Below, one piece after another: positions 21,531 through 29,250 of a DNA stretch of 64,000 nucleotides (its first letter is position 1; each line of letters starts with the position of its first letter). Position numbers and translations under genes: made by a program. Under the pieces are notes generated by a model. It was not told the origin of the DNA. It made no database searches and saw only the letters and a program-made list of their open reading frames with translations. The DNA comes from Candidatus Cloacimonadales bacterium (GTDB lineage Bacteria; Cloacimonadota; Cloacimonadia; Cloacimonadales; JAFGVF01): contig CAXXJV010000002.1 in assembly GCA_963663475.2 (NCBI GenBank), positions 288,001-352,000 of the forward strand. The letters run 5' to 3'.

Positions 21531-21803
21531 ATGAAACCTAGAGTGATAATCCATTTAGAGTGTGATAGTGTATTAAGAGAACCTAAAGTAGTTAAAGCCT
21601 TGGAAGATTTAGGAATCGAAATAACAGGGACAGCTTATAATCCAACAAGTAAAGTTGATGTGACGATACAGAAAGAATTAACCCTTGAAATGGCTCACAA
21701 GAAGATTGAGAGCATGTTCGAGGGGCTCCCACCCTCTAAAGTAGCCAATATACTAAGTTATATTGCTGATGAGCTAAGAGCTGATACGAGGTTTAAACTA
21801 TGA
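21531..21803 (+). CDS. Small protein with a paralogous segment of the transposase catalytic core
   Basis: IHLECD..RE....ALEDLGIEITGTAYNPTSKVDV vs transposase IYLECD..RE....GLEKLGIEVIGTPYNPTAKVNV. Confidence 0.75.
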   Translation: MKPRVIIHLECDSVLREPKVVKALEDLGIEITGTAYNPTSKVDVTIQKELTLEMAHKKIESMFEGLPPSKVANILSYIADELRADTRFKL

Positions 21804-22093
21804 AATACTATGAAATAATAGACCCTAAAGTAAAAGAAATGACTATACAAGGCATATTAGGGTCTTGTAACAAGTTAAATTTTACCGAAGAGATGCTTGA
21901 AATAGTCAAGAATATATCAGTCAGCCTGGTTCCAAAAGATAAAGGTACTTTATTAATTACAGCCTGCTTTCCTTCCAGACGGGTATTAGTAAAATCAGAT
22001 ACTCTACCAGTTAAAAATGCTGATGATCAAATTGAAATAAGCAAAGAAGAGTATGATGCTTTGGTGGAAGCAAATCATCTGGAGGAAGAGTGA
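21800..22093 (+). CDS. Hypothetical phage protein
   Basis: ATGA overlap with the previous gene; 97 aa. Confidence 0.6.
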   Translation: MKYYEIIDPKVKEMTIQGILGSCNKLNFTEEMLEIVKNISVSLVPKDKGTLLITACFPSRRVLVKSDTLPVKNADDQIEISKEEYDALVEANHLEEE

Positions 22094-22305
22094 AGGAACA
22101 AAGAAAATATGTATGGAAAATCAAGTATAAAAGCGGTAATGGAGACTATATAGAAGTAAGTGTTATTGCATCAGGTTTTGAAGCATTAGCAAAGTGGTTG
22201 TACCGGAGAATATGGGTAAACAATGTAATAACCATTTCCTTAGATAAAGAAATATTGGAGCTTGTTGATGAAGACTCTGATATACTACAATTAGATAACA
22301 ATTAA
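22090..22305 (+). CDS. Hypothetical phage protein
   Basis: GTGA overlap, GGAGG RBS; 71 aa. Confidence 0.6.
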   Translation: MKEQRKYVWKIKYKSGNGDYIEVSVIASGFEALAKWLYRRIWVNNVITISLDKEILELVDEDSDILQLDNN

Positions 22306-22331
22306 CCACCCCGCCTATACAGGCATCAAAG

Positions 22332-22370
22332 AGTTGTCGGAAGTCGCTACTTCGTAAGCAAGACCCGTCA
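22332..22370 (+). repeat. 39-bp repeat, near-identical copy at 25424-25462
   Basis: AGTTGTCGGAAGTCGCTACTTCGTRAGCAAGACCYGTCA. Confidence 0.9.
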
Positions 22371-22382
22371 AAGGAGACAAGT

Positions 22383-23093
22383 ATGAATAACGAACAATTT
22401 ATGGAGTTAAGTCCTGAAGAAAGATTTGAAGCAATCAGGAAGCTCTTAGGAAAGATGGAACTTAGTATGGTAGAGACAGGTAATCTGCTCTCTGAGATTA
22501 AGAGAATGCGAACATACAAAATAAAGGGTTATAAGAGCTTTAGAGAGTTTACTGAAGCTGAGTATAACCTACCCGGTAGAGTGGCCAATTCTTTAACTAA
22601 GATGTATGACTTCTTTATTAGAGAGATGAACCTGGATGAAGATACTATCAATAAGGTTGGTTTTGATAAGTTGGAGTTAATCCACCCAATAGTAAAAGAT
22701 ACAAGTTATGAAGTTCAGGAGGAGTGGGTAAAAACAGCTGAAGACCTTACATATCCTGAGTTAAATGAGAAAGTAAAAGAGATAAAAGTAAAAGCCCGGG
22801 AAGAAGCAAAGACCTTAAAAGATGTCTTAGTAGAACAATACTTTGAGAACATGCTGGGATACTTCAACTGCTCAAAGAGAGAATTAAATTACAAGTTAGC
22901 TCTTTATTTCCAGGATATGGATTTGGAAGAAGTTAATGAAGTGATCAGGAAGCAACAAAGGAAGTTTGAGGAAGAAATAGAAGGGTCTCACACGAAGGTA
23001 CGAAGACACGAAGAAGATAAGGCCCTTAACACAGAGGATACTTTTCCTAAGGGGAGTTTCGTAGAGATTTTAAGAGAAAAGGATAAAAGATGA
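22383..23093 (+). CDS. Phage protein with DUF3102-like N-terminal region
   Basis: VETGNLLSEIK...YKSFREFTEAEYNL...ANSLTKMYD. Confidence 0.55.
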   Translation: MNNEQFMELSPEERFEAIRKLLGKMELSMVETGNLLSEIKRMRTYKIKGYKSFREFTEAEYNLPGRVANSLTKMYDFFIREMNLDEDTINKVGFDKLELIHPIVKDTSYEVQEEWVKTAEDLTYPELNEKVKEIKVKAREEAKTLKDVLVEQYFENMLGYFNCSKRELNYKLALYFQDMDLEEVNEVIRKQQRKFEEEIEGSHTKVRRHEEDKALNTEDTFPKGSFVEILREKDKR

Positions 23094-23149
23094 AAAAAGG
23101 AATCAAACACAGTGAAATTAGTGGATAGATTAAAAAAGGAGAAAGAATA

Positions 23150-23761
23150 ATGGCAAAAGAGATTAAAGAAGGAAAGAGTGTATATTGGGTCGATGGAGAA
23201 GGATATAAGGTTCCTGTAAAGTATATCAGTAAAGATGATCAGGCCCGTGATGAGTTAGTGTGTAAAGTTATAAGTGATGTTATTGCACTTCAGAAGCAGA
23301 TAGCAGAGTTTAGAGTAGATGTCTTCAGAGTAGTGGATAATCATTTAAACAAGGTTGCCCATCAACATGGTGAAGACTGGCGAGGCAATGCCTGGATTTA
23401 TGATTTTTCTAAGGAGAAAGCCATCGAGGTTAAGATCAATAAGAGATTAGCTTTTGATGAACGCCTCCAATTAGCCAAAACTAAGATAGATAACTATATC
23501 AAAGGACTTGTGAAACAATCAGGTAAAGAGATAGTTATGCTTATTAATAAGGCCTTTAATGTCGATAAAAGAGGCAATGTAGATGTTCAGCAGATTTTAG
23601 GATTGAGACAACTAAAAATCGAACATCCGGAATGGCAAGAAGCTATGGCCTTGATAGATGAAGCAACCCAGGTAGAATCTACCAAGAAATATCTTACCTT
23701 TAAGGTTAAGGATGATACTGGGGAATGGAATACTATCAGCTTGAACTTTTCAGCACTGTAA
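23150..23761 (+). CDS. DUF3164 family protein (typical of Mu-like prophages)
   Basis: YWVDGEG..VP...RDELV, FDERLQLAK..ID, AFNVDKRG, WQEAMALI, ISLNFSAL. Confidence 0.85.
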   Translation: MAKEIKEGKSVYWVDGEGYKVPVKYISKDDQARDELVCKVISDVIALQKQIAEFRVDVFRVVDNHLNKVAHQHGEDWRGNAWIYDFSKEKAIEVKINKRLAFDERLQLAKTKIDNYIKGLVKQSGKEIVMLINKAFNVDKRGNVDVQQILGLRQLKIEHPEWQEAMALIDEATQVESTKKYLTFKVKDDTGEWNTISLNFSAL

Positions 23762-23823
23762 GAGAAGACTTTTACACGAATTTAAACGAATTTAAACCAA
23801 TTAACACGAATTAGGAGAAGATA

Positions 23824-24138
23824 ATGAATGATAAAATAAAAACTATTGATGATGAAATAGATGAAATGATAGAAAATGCAAAAAGTGCAAGCCCGGTTAA
23901 TAAGGAGGACTTGCACTTGGTTTCTGATGAAGAGTTAAGTTCTCTTGAGATAAAGAACAGGAGAATCCGCAAAACTGTTGATGTAGCAACAGATAGAATT
24001 CTTAAAACCCTTCATGCTTTGTTAGATGATGGACGTCATCACGAGGCGTCCAAGCTCATCTTTCACATTGAAATACCTTGTGTTAAGCGAGGCGTTGGCA
24101 AGCCTGTGCTTAGCTATAAGGTAGAGAGAAACTGCTAA
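23824..24138 (+). CDS. Hypothetical phage protein
   Basis: AGGAG RBS; 104 aa; 3' end overlaps the antisense gene. Confidence 0.55.
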   Translation: MNDKIKTIDDEIDEMIENAKSASPVNKEDLHLVSDEELSSLEIKNRRIRKTVDVATDRILKTLHALLDDGRHHEASKLIFHIEIPCVKRGVGKPVLSYKVERNC

Positions 24139-24393
24139 ATCAATATCCTGAGAGGCAATTCGGTTAATCTTATTTGAACATTGTTCTGGGAGACACTCCT
24201 GGAAAATACGAGAGAGAACTTTGGTTCTTTCTATGAGCACTGTCTGTTCAATAGATTCATACTTTTTGCCTCTCGCTTTTTTTATGACTTCTTCAGGAAA
24301 GACATATTTCAAAAAATCTTTGGCGAGTTTTTTCTGATTAGTTTCGTAGTAATAGAAGTCAAAGTTACCTTTATAATGAAAGGTTTCGTGCAT
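24022..24393 (-). CDS. Antisense moron, hypothetical protein
   Basis: AAGGAGG RBS and TTGACA (24446-24451, minus strand). Confidence 0.65.
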   Translation of the reverse strand: MHETFHYKGNFDFYYYETNQKKLAKDFLKYVFPEEVIKKARGKKYESIEQTVLIERTKVLSRIFQECLPEQCSNKINRIASQDIDLAVSLYLIAKHRLANASLNTRYFNVKDELGRLVMTSII

Positions 24394-24469
24394 AATATCC
24401 TCCTTTGGAATTAATTATTTCAATAATCGAAGGATAAACTAAAAATGTCAAGTTTTTAAAGGAGAGAAG

Positions 24470-24682
24470 ATGTCTATAATGCTTTGGAAATATTATCTAC
24501 TGGGCTTATTTATTGTTTTAGGATATGGAAGATTATCAAAAAGTGTAATATGTTATCATTTTTTAATAATGCTTATGTTTCCTATATTAGTGGTAATCCA
24601 CTGCCTGAAGATAATAATTCTCTATATAAAAGCATATTGTCCAAAATATGAAATAAGATTTATCCCGGAGAAAAGAAAATGA
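24470..24682 (+). CDS. Small two-TM membrane protein
   Basis: AAGGAG RBS, two hydrophobic stretches, ATGA coupling to the next gene. Confidence 0.55.
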   Translation: MSIMLWKYYLLGLFIVLGYGRLSKSVICYHFLIMLMFPILVVIHCLKIIILYIKAYCPKYEIRFIPEKRK

Positions 24683-25353
24683 CCAACAGAGAGTTATATA
24701 TCAAAGCTGTAGAGTTAGTAGGTAAGGAAGTAATGGAAGTCAAGCAGAGGCAGTTCTTACAGAGGATAATTAAGAAGAACCAAGCCCCTAAATCCCCTAA
24801 AGGGGACTTTGATAAGATGGGAATGAAGAATGAGATATACCAGGAAATAATCACTTATTTAAATAACCTGTCAGGTAAACAATTTCGTTGGAATACTCCA
24901 GAGACTAAAGCTTTAATCAGAGCCAGATTAAACGAAGGTTTTACAGTAAAAGAATTTAAACAGGTTATAGATATTAAGTGTAAGCAATGGCTGACAAATG
25001 AGTATTTTAAATTCTTAAGGCCGAAGACTCTTTTTGGTACTAAATTTGAGGGTTATCTGCAAGAATGGATAGTCTTTAAGAAGAAAGAAGAATATCAAAG
25101 GAAAGAGCTCGAGAAAGCTAGGAGGATTGAGAGAGGACTTCCTGATGAAACTATTACTCCGGAAGAGTTGAAAAAACAAGAAGAGTGGAGAAAGCAAAGT
25201 AAAGAGCTCTTAGCTAAAGCTAGTGAAGAGGATTATAAGACCTTTTATAAGCAATTAAAGCCACCTTTTAAAGACATGGCCTATAAAAGGGGATTGAAGG
25301 ATAATCTTGTGAAGTTGTATTATATTCAGTGGTTAAAAATGAATAAAGACTGA
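24679..25353 (+). CDS. Protein with conserved phage C-terminal (Phg_2220_C-like) replication-initiator domain
   Basis: EIITYLNNLSGKQFR...LIRARLNEGFTVKEFKQVIDIKCKQW...FLRPKTLFGTKFEGYLQ. Confidence 0.8.
   Translation: MTNRELYIKAVELVGKEVMEVKQRQFLQRIIKKNQAPKSPKGDFDKMGMKNEIYQEIITYLNNLSGKQFRWNTPETKALIRARLNEGFTVKEFKQVIDIKCKQWLTNEYFKFLRPKTLFGTKFEGYLQEWIVFKKKEEYQRKELEKARRIERGLPDETITPEELKKQEEWRKQSKELLAKASEEDYKTFYKQLKPPFKDMAYKRGLKDNLVKLYYIQWLKMNKD
24783..24812 (+). repeat. 30-bp palindromic repeat in frame within a CDS; identical copy at 36829-36858
   Basis: AGCCCCTAAATCCCCTAAAGGGGACTTTGA, read as APKSPKGDF in both genes. Confidence 0.92.
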
Positions 25354-25539
25354 AGAGTTAGGAGTTAGGAGTTAGGAGTTTAAGAGGCTCACACGAAGGC
25401 ACGAAGACACGAAGAAGAAGACCAGTTGTCGGAAGTCGCTACTTCGTGAGCAAGACCTGTCATTAGAGTAATTAGTGTAATTAGCCTGGGTTGGCATAGC
25501 TTTAGCGACGCCACCTGGATAGATTAAAAGGAGTTGAAG

Positions 25540-27018
25540 ATGAGTAGGTTCGCCAAGATATTAGCAATTAGTAGAATAGCTAAAAAAACAGGTAATAATG
25601 GCCTTTCCAAAAAAGACCAGGAGAAGTTGTTTAATGCCCTGGTAAAAGATATTACCACCCCGCCCAGGGGCACCCCTCCACAGAGGGGAATTAAAAAGAG
25701 CAATCTTTCTAATTTTACCAAAGTGGCAGAAGAGATAATGGGAGATAATCCCCAAGTAACAAAGTCTTATACAAAATTAGTAGAGAAATGGATAGAGCCT
25801 TATTCAGCAGGGCAAAAGCAGCTAATATTCAGTCAATACCAATCCTTTAGTCAAACAGCTTGGTTTCGTTCTTTAACTAATGACTATGTGTCTAATCTGC
25901 AAGGAAGAGGAGTTACTAAGGTTCAAATCTTGGCTTATATGGATGACAGAACAACCGAGATATGCCAGGCCATGCACGGAAGAGTCTTTGATATATCTTC
26001 TTATAGCATTGACCCTGATTTTGTTACTTATGAGAAGATTGAGTCTATGGGTTATGGAAGTATGCCAACTAAAGATATGAAGGTAATGCTACCTCCTTAT
26101 CATTTTAATTGCAGGACTACTTTTGTTACTTATGAAGAGGCGACTAATGATTTCGATAAAATCAAACAGAAAATATATGATGTAGAAAGTTTAACAAGCA
26201 AAGATGTTAAAACGATTATGGAGCCTCTCAAGGGGGCTGAATGGCTTAATAAATCAAAAGAGAGCCAGCACTATCAGAAGCATGGGATTGACCAAGGCTT
26301 AAGCAGAGAGAAATACAAGCAACAAATTATTGACAGTTTACAAGACAATGATAATATGTACTTGGCAGTTAATAAAGGTAACAAAAACCTTACTTTAACA
26401 ACGGTTAAATATCATCATCTAAGTGATAAAGGTGTTAAAAAATACCTATTTACTATCTTCCTGGTTAAAGAAGGCAAGGTTGTTACCAGTCATCTTAAGC
26501 CAGAGAATGAAGTTTTGCCAAAGGTTAAAGATAAGGCAATAAAAGTTGTTAGTATTAATAATGGTAAGCAAAGAATAATAAAGGAAGCTATCATGAAAAA
26601 AGAAGATTATTGGAACAGGCATAACTCTTATGACAGCATTATAGCAGAGGTTGAGGATAACAAGAAGTGGGGTAATTATCCTCTCAACTGCCTTGTTACC
26701 TGGTACCAATATGTACCCAGTGAGTTAGAAGATGATGAAGACTGGCATTGGGAATTAGATAGATCTATTCCTGCCCGTTATGATATTCATATCCTGCTGA
26801 TGAATGACTATAACTTCACCCAGGAAGAAAGAAACTTAATAGAGAGAACTGATAAAAAACTCTTAGATAACATTGATTATTACTTTAAGAAGATTAAAGT
26901 TATAAGCCCAGATGAACTGGCAGAGTTTTTGATTTGGTTGCAGGAAGCGAGAGAAGCAGAGAAGAAAGAAGAGTCTCACACGAAGACACTAAGCCACGAA
27001 GAAAACACAAAAAAATAA
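25540..27018 (+). CDS. MuF (gpF/SPP1 gp7) minor head protein with C-terminal toxin-like extension
   Basis: DDRTTEICQAMHGRVF, LPPYHFNCRT; then a HYQKHG domain and an acidic C-terminal domain. Confidence 0.8.
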   Translation: MSRFAKILAISRIAKKTGNNGLSKKDQEKLFNALVKDITTPPRGTPPQRGIKKSNLSNFTKVAEEIMGDNPQVTKSYTKLVEKWIEPYSAGQKQLIFSQYQSFSQTAWFRSLTNDYVSNLQGRGVTKVQILAYMDDRTTEICQAMHGRVFDISSYSIDPDFVTYEKIESMGYGSMPTKDMKVMLPPYHFNCRTTFVTYEEATNDFDKIKQKIYDVESLTSKDVKTIMEPLKGAEWLNKSKESQHYQKHGIDQGLSREKYKQQIIDSLQDNDNMYLAVNKGNKNLTLTTVKYHHLSDKGVKKYLFTIFLVKEGKVVTSHLKPENEVLPKVKDKAIKVVSINNGKQRIIKEAIMKKEDYWNRHNSYDSIIAEVEDNKKWGNYPLNCLVTWYQYVPSELEDDEDWHWELDRSIPARYDIHILLMNDYNFTQEERNLIERTDKKLLDNIDYYFKKIKVISPDELAEFLIWLQEAREAEKKEESHTKTLSHEENTKK

Positions 27019-27028
27019 AGGAGTTATT

Positions 27029-27574
27029 ATGAGAAAGTTAGTATTTATAGTGTGTTTGGTATTGTCGTTAATCCAATTAAATGCCAAAAATGATGTTATA
27101 AGTCATACTGAGTTTGGCTGTACCTTGGGGCATTCAATAAACCAAAGAGGCTATACTGCTTCAGCATATCTGTTTAGCCGAAGTAAGTACAGTTCTAAAT
27201 TTTCTCCATTTATAAAAGTTCTAATCGACTACAAAGGCGAACCTAAAGGTGTACTTATAGAAGATGAACCTTTTAGTTGGTGGGTTGATACAGGTAGAGA
27301 ACTATATGAAAAACATATTATTTCTATTGGGAATGTTTATACTATAGACAGAAAATGCAGATATAAATTTGTTCCTTACTTAGGTTTTGGCTTTAAAGAA
27401 AATTTTATTCAGTGGGATTCATCCATTGGAGAGGTATTTTATTCTTCAAAATCTATTAATACTCTTGGTGAAGCTGGAGTAGATTTTCTGTTTGTGTATA
27501 AGCAATTACTTATTTCATTAGGTATTTCTGCTCAGGCAGGAGCTAATCTGGGGGTTGGATTTAGGTACTATTAA
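27029..27574 (+). CDS. Exported outer-membrane beta-barrel-like moron
   Basis: Signal peptide, alternating beta-strands, PYLGFG, C-terminal LGVGFRYY. Confidence 0.65.
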   Translation: MRKLVFIVCLVLSLIQLNAKNDVISHTEFGCTLGHSINQRGYTASAYLFSRSKYSSKFSPFIKVLIDYKGEPKGVLIEDEPFSWWVDTGRELYEKHIISIGNVYTIDRKCRYKFVPYLGFGFKENFIQWDSSIGEVFYSSKSINTLGEAGVDFLFVYKQLLISLGISAQAGANLGVGFRYY

Positions 27575-27586
27575 AAAATATCTTGA

Positions 27587-27703
27587 CAGCGTGTAAAACA
27601 CTGCACCCCTCATGGCAGTGAAGATGATATTAACGCAGGAATGATAGCTATAGTTCTTCGTGAACTATCTGATGAGGTAACTAAAGATTTGTTTCAATCC
27701 TAA
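27587..27703 (+). pseudogene. Possible 3' remnant of a HicA-like toxin gene
   Basis: Frame without an upstream start ..CTPHGSEDDINAGMIAIVLRELSDEVTKDLFQS* between TTGACA and a terminator. Confidence 0.3.
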
Positions 27704-27709
27704 ATAATC

Positions 27710-27742
27710 AAAGAGCAGGCATCAAAACCTGCTCTTTTTTTT
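27710..27742 (+). terminator. Rho-independent terminator
   Basis: AAAGAGCAGG-catcaaaa-CCTGCTCTTT followed by a T run. Confidence 0.85.
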
Positions 27743-27754
27743 GCTTAAAATTAT

Positions 27755-27791
27755 CTAAACTGCAATTTAATTTCTCAATCTTAGAACTAAA
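27755..27791 (+). repeat. Internal copy of the prophage end motif (right-end orientation)
   Basis: CTAAACTGCAATTTAATTTCTCAATCTTAGAACTAAA. Confidence 0.88.
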
Positions 27792-27830
27792 GGCGTATTC
27801 AATACGCCCCTACATTCTCAATTCTCAATT

Positions 27831-28325
27831 CTAAATTCTCAATTCCTGAAGTGTCATTTTCACTGCCAATTCTAAGAAAGGGCTAGGTTTTCTTCCGTGT
27901 TTTTTCATATTGATAGCAATAGCCCAAGCAGTTTGGGTTATTTTTTTATCTATCAAGTCTTGTTTCTTGGGTCTTTTACTTCTTTTCATGCTTTGAGCTT
28001 TAGACCAGGCACTTTTTATCTCATTTTTTACTATTCCCTTCTTGCGAACCCATTCTTTAATCTTATCAACTGGGGGCATATGGGGCTTGATTCCTTCATG
28101 TAGGTACTTAGGATATTTGGTAGAACCTGAGAGTTTCCCACCTTCAGCAACATATACCAGAATATAGGTTTCAGTATCAGACACCACAGTTTTAGTCTGG
28201 ATAGAGTTCTTTAAATGCCCTGTAACGACCATTTTCTCACTTTCTACGATGTTTATTGCCCTTGCCCTTATCTTGTCAGCAATTAAACCTAATTCTTCTT
28301 TTAAATGCCTTTTTACGCTTTCCAT
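27831..28325 (-). CDS. HK97 gp10 / Mu gpG-like virion morphogenesis protein
   Basis: VTGHLKNSI, YPKYLHEG..PHMPP, PSPFLE. Confidence 0.75.
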   Translation of the reverse strand: MESVKRHLKEELGLIADKIRARAINIVESEKMVVTGHLKNSIQTKTVVSDTETYILVYVAEGGKLSGSTKYPKYLHEGIKPHMPPVDKIKEWVRKKGIVKNEIKSAWSKAQSMKRSKRPKKQDLIDKKITQTAWAIAINMKKHGRKPSPFLELAVKMTLQELRI

Positions 28326-28510
28326 CAATTCTCCTTATTAATCTATCCACTAATTTCACTAATTACACTAATTAAGAAATACCCTTAACACAGAGTTTCA
28401 CAGAGGTTAAGAGGAGTTTCACAGAGTTTTTAAACTCTCAATTCTCAACTCTCAATTCTTCTCTGTGTTCTCTGTGTTCTCTGTGGTGAGTCTCTTCAAC
28501 TTCTCACTCA

Positions 28511-28873
28511 CTATATATCAATAAAAGGCAAAAATCCTTCTCGTTCATTTATGATGTCATAGATAATCAGATTAGCTTCTTTGAGATAAAAGTCTTGTCT
28601 TCTCATCACATCAGCATCAGAAATTAAATGTTGAGCAGATTCACCTGTCCCCACTTGTTTAAAGACTCCTTTATTGCCTGCTATATAAGATATACGAGGT
28701 ATCAGGTAATATGCAGTTAAATACTTAAGAGCCTTGGTTATAGCATTATCTCCTGTATCTTCTACACCCTTGCGGCCGATGTATTCATAAGCATCATTTA
28801 TAGCATTCTCAATCACATCGTTATTTACATCTGTAATGTTCATAAATGTTTTAATCTGGTCTGCAGTAATCAT
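28511..28873 (-). CDS. Putative head-tail connector protein
   Basis: MITADQIK..VIENAINDAYEYI..ALKYLTAYYL, gp6/gp36-like pattern; downstream of portal. Confidence 0.55.
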   Translation of the reverse strand: MITADQIKTFMNITDVNNDVIENAINDAYEYIGRKGVEDTGDNAITKALKYLTAYYLIPRISYIAGNKGVFKQVGTGESAQHLISDADVMRRQDFYLKEANLIIYDIINEREGFLPFIDI

Positions 28874-29250
28874 AAAAGCTCCTCAAAGTGTAAGGTTTCT
28901 GTAGTTAAATTAAAGAGGGTGGCCTTGTACTCACTTCCGTTTATAACAAGGGGTGGTGATGTTTCAAGAGAGACAAATAAGTCAGCATCAAACTGCTCAA
29001 TTTTACTGAGCAATTCTAAGACAATTTGAGTATGATTTACACTAGTTTCATCTGTTTTAGTTACTATGGTAAGACTTACGTCCACCTGGTATCGGTTGAG
29101 GTTTAGAGATTCATTTTTCTTTTTAAAGACCTTTTCCAAGGAATACAGAGCCTTTCTATGGTAAGAGGCAATATCAGTATTAATATCTACTAAAGAAAGG
29201 CCTGTGCCTGCAATTAGCTCTTCTATCACATTCCATAAGGGGTAAATCAT
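28870..29250 (-). CDS. Putative head/tail completion protein
   Basis: 126 aa, coupled to portal; position only. Confidence 0.45.
   Translation of the reverse strand: MIYPLWNVIEELIAGTGLSLVDINTDIASYHRKALYSLEKVFKKKNESLNLNRYQVDVSLTIVTKTDETSVNHTQIVLELLSKIEQFDADLFVSLETSPPLVINGSEYKATLFNLTTETLHFEELL

Noticed and set aside
27660-27705. Hammerhead ribozyme (CTGATGAG core)
   Set aside because: No GAAA after a stem II and no convincing flanking stems
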